A stretch of 37,532 nucleotides of DNA from IMG/VR virus record IMGVR_UViG_3300032212_000073, positions 1 to 37,532 of that record, one strand, 5' to 3'. The notes below the pieces were generated by a model. That model did no database searches. It saw only the letters and a program-made list of their open reading frames with translations, and was not told where the DNA came from. Source of the stretch: a virus. Lineage: Duplodnaviria; Caudoviricetes. The translations under genes were made by a program, and so were the position numbers. Shown here piece after piece: positions 17,229 through 26,004 of the stretch (position 1 is the stretch's first letter; each line of letters begins with the position of its first letter).

Positions 17229-17897
17229 ATGTCAAAAGAAAATTTCGAATATAGCACTAAAATCAAAGATAAAGAAGTCAAGTTTAGAAAATGGAAGGTA
17301 AAAGATAAAAAGAAGTTTTTATCAAATAAAGATAATCCATTAGCAATTAAAGAGGCTTTGGTATATGACTGTTTAGAAGATAGTAATCTTGCATTAAGTG
17401 AGGAAGAATATAATTATCTACTTGTGAATATTAGAGAAGAATCTATCAATGAAAAAGTGCAATATGATTTTACATGTAGCCATTGTAATAAAGAATTTGA
17501 ATATAGCGCTGATTTAAGTGCAATAATGAAGCCAACTTTTGGTGAATATGGTGACATCATATACAAAAATCAAATATTCACAATGACTAATTTAAGAAAT
17601 AGAGATTTTTACGAGAATGCTATTTTAAATACTAGTGATAATGAAACAAAGAAGATAATTGATTTTATATTGCATATTGAATCTTATAATGATCAAGATG
17701 GTATGTCATTCGATGATTTAATTGAAGTTATTAATAATTTAGATATTGATGTATTTGAAAAAATATTTTTAGATTGGGAGAAGATGCGTTTCAAAGTTGA
17801 TAATATTGAAACAGTCAAATGTCCTCATTGTAATAAAACAGAGAAATATGAGTTTGATAATCTCCCTGGATTTTTTCCTGAGTCTTGGGATGTATAA
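17229..17897 (+). CDS. baseplate hub assembly protein (gp26-like)
   Basis: VKFRKWKVKD, IREESI, two CxxC motifs, C-terminal NLPGFF. Confidence 0.7.
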   Translation: MSKENFEYSTKIKDKEVKFRKWKVKDKKKFLSNKDNPLAIKEALVYDCLEDSNLALSEEEYNYLLVNIREESINEKVQYDFTCSHCNKEFEYSADLSAIMKPTFGEYGDIIYKNQIFTMTNLRNRDFYENAILNTSDNETKKIIDFILHIESYNDQDGMSFDDLIEVINNLDIDVFEKIFLDWEKMRFKVDNIETVKCPHCNKTEKYEFDNLPGFFPESWDV

Positions 17898-18598
17898 TGC
17901 TTAGAAATAAGTTTGAGTATAGTGGAAAATCATTTGATATTTACCCATATACGACTCACCAAGAAAAAGAACTACTATTAATATGTAGTGTAGGTACGCC
18001 ATCACTTGATGACGCTCTTCAAGTGTGTGGTATCAGTACAGATGTTATTAAACAACTGTCAAACAACGAAAAGGTTGCATTATTATATAAATTTAGGGAA
18101 TTATCAGTTGGTGATGATCTCAATTTAAAATTTAAGTGTAGTAAATGTGATTCAGGCAATGAAAATGTTTTAAACATATCTAATATTATTACATCGTCAG
18201 ATATAAAAAATGATAAAATTATTGATCAATTCAAAACATTAACAGAAGACAATTTTCATGAATTTGTTATTGGTGAAGATGAAAATACGATTGATGATTT
18301 AGATTTAAATGAATATGAAGATCTATATAAAGAAGTTGAAGAATCTATAACCAAATTTAATTTTAGAAAACCTATTACATGCCAAAAATGTAATCATACG
18401 AATTATATGAAAATAGATGGTGTTGAATTCGTTATTGATAATATGAGTGAGGATTCACTAATGAGTATGTATCAAAGTTATAATGATCTAACATTCTTTG
18501 GTAATTATACTAAAGTTGATATAGATACTATGTACTCGTTTGAAAGAACAATTTTAGTTAACCTATTAAATAAGACAAGAGAGGATCTTAATCAATGA
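17897..18598 (+). CDS. gp26-like domain fused to gp51-like C-terminus
   Basis: PYTTHQEKELL, FRELSVG, two CxxC motifs; ends IDTMYSFERTILVNLL; TAATG overlap start. Confidence 0.6.
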   Translation: MLRNKFEYSGKSFDIYPYTTHQEKELLLICSVGTPSLDDALQVCGISTDVIKQLSNNEKVALLYKFRELSVGDDLNLKFKCSKCDSGNENVLNISNIITSSDIKNDKIIDQFKTLTEDNFHEFVIGEDENTIDDLDLNEYEDLYKEVEESITKFNFRKPITCQKCNHTNYMKIDGVEFVIDNMSEDSLMSMYQSYNDLTFFGNYTKVDIDTMYSFERTILVNLLNKTREDLNQ

Positions 18599-20520
18599 TA
18601 ATTGACAAGGAAAAGTCAAATAAATCTAAAAAGTTTAATGAAAAATTAAACATGGATGTTGCGACCTCTGAAAAGATTAAAGAAACTAATGACAAGCTTG
18701 TTGATCATTTGGATGATACTGGTGAACATGTTGCTGCCAGTCAAGTGCGCTATTTAATTAATAAAGAAGATGGTACCAAATCAGATAAAAAAATTGCTGA
18801 TGGATCAATACATGGAAAACTATTAATAACTAATAAAAGAATATTAGCCACTCTTGAAAAAATTCAGGCAGATATGCATGATGAGCAAGATACTTCTATT
18901 AAATCAGTTTATAAAGAAGAACATGGCGTAGGTTTAGCAACACAACGTCAAGAAAGTTTTGATAAAGGTGATGGTGCAGTTGGAAAAAACATGGCTGCTG
19001 GTTTTGGACGATTTGGATTTGCTAATAAGAATAAAGATAAACCGAAAGATAAAAAGAAATCCAAGCAAAAGACAAAAAAGACATCTAAAGTAAAAGCTCC
19101 TATAAAGAAATCTAAGTTTAAGCCACCTAAAAGTACTTCCAGTATGTTAAAAGGTGGTGCAAAAGTACTAGGAAAAATTGCAAGTAGAGCACTTCCAATC
19201 TTAGCATTAGGTATGGCAGTGTACGATGGTTATCAAGGTTGGAATAAAGCTGATGAATTACTTGATCTTAAAGAAGGTGAAGAAGCAACAACTGCTAATA
19301 AAGCATCAAGCGCTGCTGGTAGTATTATTTCTGGTTTAACATTTGGATTAGCTGATGCTGGAAATTCATCGAAAGGTATTAATAATTTAGTTGGTGGCAA
19401 TAAAGTTATTGAAAAATACTCAAATATGGGTATTATAGATCACGATACTATTGGTGATTCCGAGATTGATGATTGGGATAAACTAAAAGAACTTAAAGCA
19501 AAAGAAATTCAAGAAATTATTGATATAGATGACTGGGACGATGATGATATTGAAAAGCTTAAAAGATTAAAAGAGCTTGCTGATATAACTGAAAAAGACA
19601 TTAGAATAAAGAATAAAAATGAAACAAATGATAATGCAAGTACTGTACAAAAAGCAGTTAATGAACAAAACATGGTTGAGGCTGAAAAGCCAAAGAAAGT
19701 TAATTACACTATGAAGAGTTCACTTAATCCTGATGTTGATCAAACAGTTAAAAATCCTGATGACTATAGAGTAGATGAATTATTTAAATTACATAATACC
19801 GATTCTTCTGCTGTTGATGACTTAGAACCAGTTGTTTTAAGTAATTTAAAATCTATGGCTGCAGAATACTTTGATACTTTTGGTGAAAAGATTCAAATAA
19901 ATTCAGCATTTAGAAGCTTTGAAGAACAGGCTAAATTAAAAGAAACTCATGGTGAAAAGGCTGCATCACCTGGTAAGTCAATGCATAATTATGGTTTAGC
20001 AATTGATATGAACACCGTCAATGCTGAAAAATCTATAGATGCTGGATTATTTAATAAGTATGGTTTTAAACGTCCTGTTGCTGGTGAAACTTGGCATGTT
20101 GAACCAAATGGTATTAATAGAGAAGCAATTCGTGAAAATGGAATTAAAGCAGAATCGACAAACAAAGTTATTGCACAAACTCAACCAGAAAATAATGACG
20201 ATGAAACTGAAACAAATAATGACATAAAGACTGTAAAAACTGCAGCAGTTGTTAATAAAACATCAGAAATTGTTAAAGAGGATGAAGTTGCTTCAACGGC
20301 GAAGTTACCAGATACTCAAGTTGAAACAAATAAAGATTTAAGAGAGAATATTATTGGAAAATTCAATGAGAATTTAACTAAGCAAACCGTTATGTATGAT
20401 ACCGGAACTAAATCAAAAGCAATTGCTGATACAATAGTACCTATTATAAGCAACAATATAAATAATACAAGTAATTCCGAAAATAATGGTGAAGGAAGAT
20501 TACTCAACTATTTTAGTTAA
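18595..20520 (+). CDS. baseplate hub/tape-measure-like protein with peptidase M15 domain
   Basis: INSAFRSFEEQ, PGKSMHNYGLAID, ETWHVE zinc peptidase motifs; Gly/Ala hydrophobic middle segment. Confidence 0.8.
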   Translation: MIIDKEKSNKSKKFNEKLNMDVATSEKIKETNDKLVDHLDDTGEHVAASQVRYLINKEDGTKSDKKIADGSIHGKLLITNKRILATLEKIQADMHDEQDTSIKSVYKEEHGVGLATQRQESFDKGDGAVGKNMAAGFGRFGFANKNKDKPKDKKKSKQKTKKTSKVKAPIKKSKFKPPKSTSSMLKGGAKVLGKIASRALPILALGMAVYDGYQGWNKADELLDLKEGEEATTANKASSAAGSIISGLTFGLADAGNSSKGINNLVGGNKVIEKYSNMGIIDHDTIGDSEIDDWDKLKELKAKEIQEIIDIDDWDDDDIEKLKRLKELADITEKDIRIKNKNETNDNASTVQKAVNEQNMVEAEKPKKVNYTMKSSLNPDVDQTVKNPDDYRVDELFKLHNTDSSAVDDLEPVVLSNLKSMAAEYFDTFGEKIQINSAFRSFEEQAKLKETHGEKAASPGKSMHNYGLAIDMNTVNAEKSIDAGLFNKYGFKRPVAGETWHVEPNGINREAIRENGIKAESTNKVIAQTQPENNDDETETNNDIKTVKTAAVVNKTSEIVKEDEVASTAKLPDTQVETNKDLRENIIGKFNENLTKQTVMYDTGTKSKAIADTIVPIISNNINNTSNSENNGEGRLLNYFS

Positions 20521-20531
20521 AGAGGTTTTTA

Positions 20532-21413
20532 ATGGCAACATATTCATATCCACATGATATAAGAGATGACAAATATAAGCATCGTAGAGTGACAATTAAT
20601 GTCATGAAGCCAGGCCAGCAATCGAGTGTTAGTGAAGCAGAAAGAAAAGCTCTTGACGATTTAAAATCAGCGGCAGATGGCGTTATTGAAGCTGCTGATT
20701 CTGTATTTAGCATTAAGCAAAATTTAGACTTCAATTCAAAGAGTGATGAAGGTGAAACATTAGATACGTTGGTATTACCTTTACCAAACTCATTCTCTGA
20801 TACTCAGAGTCACGGATGGTCTCTTGATACTGGTATATTAGGATCAATTGGTAAAAATGTTACTGATATTGATGTAGGTGCTATTGCTGGTGGATTTCTT
20901 GGTAAAGTTGCTGGTAAGGTTCTTGGTGGTAGAGGAACAGGTATTGGTAATATAACAAACGGCTTATCAATTGATAAGGTTCTCGGTGCCAGCACATCTG
21001 CGCTTGGTTTAAGAAAACCTATTGTTGACCCAGGTTATTTCCAAAACTATGGTGGTTCAGAGCCACGTGCATTTGATATGGAATTTGATCTGGTTCCAAG
21101 ATCAGCCGAAGAAGCCGAACAAATTATTATGATTGTTATGAAATTAAAACAATATTCTTCACCATCAAGAGTGCTTGGTGGTGTTTCTGTTCTTGCACCG
21201 TATTATTTCAACATTAGCATAAGTAATGATTATGTTAAGGCAATGTCAAATTTTGATCGAGTTGTCTTAACAAATATATCTGTTGATTACGGTGCTGATG
21301 GTGCAATGCAACAACATGCAGATGGCGTTCCAAAATATATGAAACTTTCATTATCATGGGCTGAAGTTGATATGACAACAGCACAAGATTATAATACTAT
21401 TCCAAGGAAATAA
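20532..21413 (+). CDS. gp48: baseplate tail tube cap (gp48-like)
   Basis: LPLPNSFSD, RAFDMEFDLVPRSAEEAEQI, VLTNISVDY, LSLSWAE. Confidence 0.8.
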   Translation: MATYSYPHDIRDDKYKHRRVTINVMKPGQQSSVSEAERKALDDLKSAADGVIEAADSVFSIKQNLDFNSKSDEGETLDTLVLPLPNSFSDTQSHGWSLDTGILGSIGKNVTDIDVGAIAGGFLGKVAGKVLGGRGTGIGNITNGLSIDKVLGASTSALGLRKPIVDPGYFQNYGGSEPRAFDMEFDLVPRSAEEAEQIIMIVMKLKQYSSPSRVLGGVSVLAPYYFNISISNDYVKAMSNFDRVVLTNISVDYGADGAMQQHADGVPKYMKLSLSWAEVDMTTAQDYNTIPRK

Positions 21414-21892
21414 TGATGGCTTATTTAAAAAATACTATCACTAAATTTAATAAAAGATTAATTGAAGGTAAAAATGTTAATGATTACTTTTCAATAAATT
21501 TTCAAGAAATTGATGAATATGTTAAAACACGTCCAAATGATTGGTTTGATTACTATCAATTAGAAGATGATGATACCCTTGAAAATGTTGCTCTTAATAT
21601 CTATGGTGATGCAGATTTTTGGGATATTATTTTAATTATTAATAGAAAGAACGCATTATATGATATGCCATTTAACTTTGATGGAATTGTTTCTTCTGCA
21701 GAGTATAAATTTGATAATTTTGTTGAATATAGCGGTTTAACTGTATCAATTAGTACTAAAAATAAAATGCTTAAAGCATATGAAGAAAAATACTCTAAAG
21801 ACAATGAAATATTTCGAACTATTAAAATTGTTAAACCATCTAAAATTCAAACATTTTTACAAGGTGGATATGAAGCAGGTTATTTTAAATAA
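21413..21892 (+). CDS. gp53: baseplate wedge protein (gp53-like, LysM-like)
   Basis: YQLEDDDTLENVALNIYGDADFWDIILIIN; NEIFRTIKIVKP. Confidence 0.8.
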   Translation: MMAYLKNTITKFNKRLIEGKNVNDYFSINFQEIDEYVKTRPNDWFDYYQLEDDDTLENVALNIYGDADFWDIILIINRKNALYDMPFNFDGIVSSAEYKFDNFVEYSGLTVSISTKNKMLKAYEEKYSKDNEIFRTIKIVKPSKIQTFLQGGYEAGYFK

Positions 21893-23061
21893 TGTCAATT
21901 GAAAAGATATTTAATCATGTTACTATTCTAAAGCATTTATCTATTAAAATAGATGATGTTGAAATAAATCCAACTGAAATCGTAACAGCAGAAATTAAAA
22001 CTAGTTTCTTTGATTTTGGAGTGCGTGGTTCAATAAAGATTAAAGATTCATTTGATCTTAACAATAACAAAGATCAACCATTCAATAATGATAATACCAT
22101 TAGCATTTCAGCTCGAGATTTTTTAAAAAATCAATTCTATAGAACATTTAAGATCACGAAAATAACTTCTGGTTTATTTGGTGAGCGTATGAAAATATTT
22201 GATGTTGAATTTATTGATGAAATTACTTATAAGCTTATGAATACATACATAAGTAGAAGTTTTACAGATACTCCAGTAAATGCATTTAAAGAATATTTAA
22301 CACATATTGGTATTGATGACTTAATAGCAAGCAATCGAATGGAGTATGACATTGTTGATAGTAGCACATCTCATTCGTTTGTTGTACCACAGGATATTTC
22401 AGCATTAGAGTTCTTTACTAAATTTCTTAAACAAGAAAATATACGTTTTTGGCAAGATAGAAATAAATTCTATATTAAAGAAATTGATATTTCATCAGTA
22501 CCACCACTACTAAAACCGGATGGTACTGATCTACATTATTCAAATGATGTTTTAAATAATGAGTATGTTTTTAAAATACATGATTTTAATATGCATAATA
22601 ATTCATCTTTAGAAATCAATTTGCTTAAACCAATTGAAAAAACATTTAGATATGATGGAAATAAAGAAATAATTGACATTACAAATAATCTAACTGAAGT
22701 TACTCCAACATTAGCATTGAATAATATAGATACTACAAATTATCAAGAAACGTCAGGTGAAAAATATAAGACACAAGGTCATTTTACACAAGGTAATCAA
22801 GATTACGATGTATTTGATATTCTTATTCACAATAATAATTTAGATATAGTTGTTCCTGGGACATTCTTATATTCTAATGTTGGAACAATCGTAAATATAA
22901 GTCTAAAGGGTAATCATTTATACTCATCATCACAATTACAGGGTGACTCTTTGGTTAATGGTAAATATTTTGTTGCTGAAGTAAGTGACAGAATAGTTGG
23001 CGACAAAATAATAAATAAATTAGAACTTTGCAGATTAGATTCTCAAAATCCTAGAGGATAA
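21892..23061 (+). CDS. baseplate hub protein (gp27-like)
   Basis: Size and position before gp5; RFWQD, IVVPG...VG, GKYFVAEV patterns. Confidence 0.6.
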   Translation: MSIEKIFNHVTILKHLSIKIDDVEINPTEIVTAEIKTSFFDFGVRGSIKIKDSFDLNNNKDQPFNNDNTISISARDFLKNQFYRTFKITKITSGLFGERMKIFDVEFIDEITYKLMNTYISRSFTDTPVNAFKEYLTHIGIDDLIASNRMEYDIVDSSTSHSFVVPQDISALEFFTKFLKQENIRFWQDRNKFYIKEIDISSVPPLLKPDGTDLHYSNDVLNNEYVFKIHDFNMHNNSSLEINLLKPIEKTFRYDGNKEIIDITNNLTEVTPTLALNNIDTTNYQETSGEKYKTQGHFTQGNQDYDVFDILIHNNNLDIVVPGTFLYSNVGTIVNISLKGNHLYSSSQLQGDSLVNGKYFVAEVSDRIVGDKIINKLELCRLDSQNPRG

Positions 23062-23064
23062 TAA

Positions 23065-24096
23065 ATGAAATTTTACAGATCTGTTGTAGAAGACAACAAT
23101 AATCCACTTAAACCCGGCGCAGTAAAAGTTAGAATTTTTGGTATTCATACAAAAAATAATGAAAATTCTACAGAAACTTTTAATATTGTAAAGACTGCTG
23201 ATTTGCCTTGGGCAGAAGTAATGGGTAGTACATCATTTGGTTTAGTTGCTGGTGTTGGAATTTCGTCAGTCTTAAAGAAAGGAACATGGGTATGGGTTAT
23301 ATTGAATGATGATAATCCAAATTTCCCAATTGTTGTTGGAACTATTTCCGGACATGTTACCGAAAAAAGATTGTACAGCGATGGTGAAGGGTTTACAGAT
23401 CCGGATGGTGTATTCCCATATGATGCCAGATTAACAGAACCAGACTTTAATAGATTAGCAACAAATACATATATAAATGATATTTACTATGACGATGTTA
23501 AAGCATACGGCTCAAATACAACAATACATAATACGATTAATGCTAATTTAGACAGTGTTATTGGAACATTAGATGCTGATTCAGGTGCAGACGTCAATCA
23601 AAATGAACCATCTTCAACAAATGATTTATCTAGCTATCCTAATGTTCAAGTACTTGAAACACAATCAGGTCATGTTATAGAGTTAGATGACACAGCTACG
23701 AATGAAAGAATTCGAGTTTATCATAAGAGTGGTTCATATATTGAAATAAAACCTGATGGAAGTTTTGTCCAGAAACAAGCAACAGCAGGAACAAGAAATC
23801 ATTATATTCACACATCAGATGTTGATGAACATATTAAAGCTGGTGTTAAAAAATATATTGAAGCAAATTTAGAAGAAATTATCAATGGTGAAGTAAAACG
23901 TCAAGTTAAATTAAATCTCACTGAAAACATTTTAGGTAATGTTACATTAAAGGTTGGTGGCAATCTAACTTGGGATGTTACTGGTAATATTAGTATAACA
24001 AGTGGTGGTACGCAAGTTATTACGAGTGGCGGTACTTATGGTATCAGTAGTGGTAATTATTCTGTTAGTGCTCCAAGGATCGATCTTAACCCTTAA
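23065..24096 (+). CDS. gp5: baseplate spike gp5 (OB fold plus beta-helix, no lysozyme)
   Basis: VVEDNNNPLKPGAVKVRIFGIH, LPWA, ETQSGHVIELDDT..ERIRVYHKSG, ends RIDLN. Confidence 0.9.
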   Translation: MKFYRSVVEDNNNPLKPGAVKVRIFGIHTKNNENSTETFNIVKTADLPWAEVMGSTSFGLVAGVGISSVLKKGTWVWVILNDDNPNFPIVVGTISGHVTEKRLYSDGEGFTDPDGVFPYDARLTEPDFNRLATNTYINDIYYDDVKAYGSNTTIHNTINANLDSVIGTLDADSGADVNQNEPSSTNDLSSYPNVQVLETQSGHVIELDDTATNERIRVYHKSGSYIEIKPDGSFVQKQATAGTRNHYIHTSDVDEHIKAGVKKYIEANLEEIINGEVKRQVKLNLTENILGNVTLKVGGNLTWDVTGNISITSGGTQVITSGGTYGISSGNYSVSAPRIDLNP

Positions 24097-24097
24097 A

Positions 24098-24152
24098 TAT
24101 AAATATTATCAGAATAAGCTTATGAAGGGTTACGAGTGTCTGATAATATTTA
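24098..24152 (+). promoter_or_regulatory. late promoter overlapping a 14-bp inverted repeat at the HNH translation start
   Basis: TATAAATA at 24098-24105; taaatattatcaga (24100-24113) pairs with tctgataatattta (24139-24152). Confidence 0.75.
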
Positions 24153-24774
24153 CCATGAAAACAACTATAGATTAAATCTTACCACATATTGGAAGCAATT
24201 CTTTCCAGAATGGGAAATTCCTAAGGGTTATCATGTTCATCATATAGTGCCAAGATCTGTTGGGAAACAGAATGGTTGGAGTGACTATAAAATTAATCAT
24301 CCTAATAATCTAATAGCATTACACCCTGAAGATCATGTGTCTATACATAAATGTAGAGGCGATAAATATCTAAGCAAGGGATTTCTAAAGATTTTGGGTA
24401 ATAGCGGATTTGGAGAAAATAATTCGATGTATGGTAAAACACATTCTAAAGAAACTAAAATGAAAATGTCTAAATCTCGGACTGGTGATAAGAATGGTAT
24501 GTACGGTAAAACACATTCTAAAGAATCAAGAGATAAAATTAGTGAATTTAGACAGCAGCATGTTGGCTGGAACCATAATGATGAAACAATTAATAAAATG
24601 TCAGATTCAGCAAAATCTATTGGTGCATATATGAAAGAAAACAATAAGTCTAGAACTAATGGATTTGGTTATGACATTACCATCGATGGTGTATATTACA
24701 AATCAATTAAAGATGCGATAGCGGCAACCGGAATAAGTCGACATAAGCTTATGAAAATTAGAGATCTGAACTAA
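24136..24774 (+). CDS. free-standing HNH homing endonuclease with NUMOD3 repeats
   Basis: HVHHIVPRS...NNLIALHPEDHVSIH; NxMYGKTHSKE twice; C-terminal DGVYYKSIKDA; GTG start. Confidence 0.9.
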   Translation: MSDNIYHENNYRLNLTTYWKQFFPEWEIPKGYHVHHIVPRSVGKQNGWSDYKINHPNNLIALHPEDHVSIHKCRGDKYLSKGFLKILGNSGFGENNSMYGKTHSKETKMKMSKSRTGDKNGMYGKTHSKESRDKISEFRQQHVGWNHNDETINKMSDSAKSIGAYMKENNKSRTNGFGYDITIDGVYYKSIKDAIAATGISRHKLMKIRDLN

Positions 24775-25262
24775 TGGTTGCTGTATTTAGTCCAGACCCG
24801 ACATTAGATGAAACTGCAAATCCTTTTATTAGGGAATTGTATGAACCATTAGCACTAAATTTTGGTGTTACTGACGAAGTTGAGCTTCCTGCTACTCCAA
24901 GAGTTTTGACATCATTAGTTGCGTCATTTAATTATGTGTATCCTCCATTGGTATTTGGGACAGATGGTTCAGTCAGTGGGCAATTTGAAGTTGATGTATT
25001 TGATCATCAGGTTCAACATGTCACAAAGGGTTCATCTGATTTAATAGAAATATTAACTCAAGATCATATTTTAGATGTTCCTGATAATAGAGAAATATTT
25101 AAAATTATTCCTGATTTAACAGACCCGATAAATATTATTATTACGGTTACAGCAACATGGGATGATTTAACCACGGATCAAACAACTTATAACTTAGAAG
25201 TTAGCAACACATTATCATATCTTGGAACGTGGATAAAAGATTATTTAGCAAATAGATATTAA
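24774..25262 (+). CDS. hypothetical baseplate-region protein
   Basis: 162-aa ORF translationally coupled to the HNH gene, between gp5/HNH and PAAR. Confidence 0.6.
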   Translation: MVAVFSPDPTLDETANPFIRELYEPLALNFGVTDEVELPATPRVLTSLVASFNYVYPPLVFGTDGSVSGQFEVDVFDHQVQHVTKGSSDLIEILTQDHILDVPDNREIFKIIPDLTDPINIIITVTATWDDLTTDQTTYNLEVSNTLSYLGTWIKDYLANRY

Positions 25263-25271
25263 GGAAGAAAA

Positions 25272-25583
25272 ATGCCAGCAACAGCTAGAGTCGGTGATTC
25301 ATTAGTAACCGGTCATAAATGTTCAAAAATAACAACAATAGGTACACCCGGAACGGATGGGTCTGTTTATGCCAATAGTATACCTATAGCAGTTGTTGGT
25401 GGCGAAATGTCTGCACATACAATAAAAAGCGGTTCATCATGTCCTCCTCATATTGGTGCTGTAATAATTGATGGTTCATCAACTGTTTTTATAAATGGAT
25501 CAGCTGTTGCAAGAATTGGTGACACTGCTGATACTGCCGGTGGTGCAATTATAGCAGGTTCTGGTAACGTTTTTACAGGTTGA
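25272..25583 (+). CDS. PAAR-repeat spike tip protein (gp5.4-like)
   Basis: PATARVGD..GH, GSSTVFING.AVARIGD, GSGNVF. Confidence 0.9.
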   Translation: MPATARVGDSLVTGHKCSKITTIGTPGTDGSVYANSIPIAVVGGEMSAHTIKSGSSCPPHIGAVIIDGSSTVFINGSAVARIGDTADTAGGAIIAGSGNVFTG

Positions 25584-25591
25584 TATAAATA
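25584..25591 (+). promoter_or_regulatory. late promoter TATAAATA
   Basis: Exact consensus upstream of gp25. Confidence 0.7.
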
Positions 25592-25616
25592 GAATAAACC
25601 CATTAAGGATTATTCT

Positions 25617-25970
25617 ATGGCAATTTATGAAGATTACAGAGCTGTTGACACAACCGTTATTGATACGGCCGCTATCAATAATTCAATAAAAAATATTCTC
25701 TTAACTAAAAAAGGATCACTCCCAGGCAAGCCAGAATTTGGTTCTAGGATTGATGAAATTCTTTTCAGCCAATTAGATGACATCACAAAAGATTTAATGA
25801 AAAGATATATAAGAGAAGCTCTTAGACGTTGGGAACAGCGCATTATAATTACGAATGTATTAATTAAAGAAGTTCCAGAGTTTAATAAATTAATTGCGAC
25901 AATTCAATATAGATATAGAGATGCTGGTTTAGATGTTAATGAACAAATATCTGTTGGGTTCGCACAATAA
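25617..25970 (+). CDS. gp25: baseplate wedge subunit
   Basis: AINNSIKNILLTKKG..P..PEFGS, ALRRWEQRI. Confidence 0.9.
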   Translation: MAIYEDYRAVDTTVIDTAAINNSIKNILLTKKGSLPGKPEFGSRIDEILFSQLDDITKDLMKRYIREALRRWEQRIIITNVLIKEVPEFNKLIATIQYRYRDAGLDVNEQISVGFAQ

Positions 25971-25972
25971 GG

Positions 25973-25980
25973 TATAAATA
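25973..25980 (+). promoter_or_regulatory. late promoter TATAAATA
   Basis: Exact consensus upstream of gp6. Confidence 0.75.
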
Positions 25981-26004
25981 TTAAAAAATTACATAGGCTT
26001 AATT

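Noticed and set aside
24427-24525. Near-identical 27-nt repeat with 72-nt period
   Set aside because: Explained by tandem NUMOD3 motifs in the HNH protein; not a CRISPR array.
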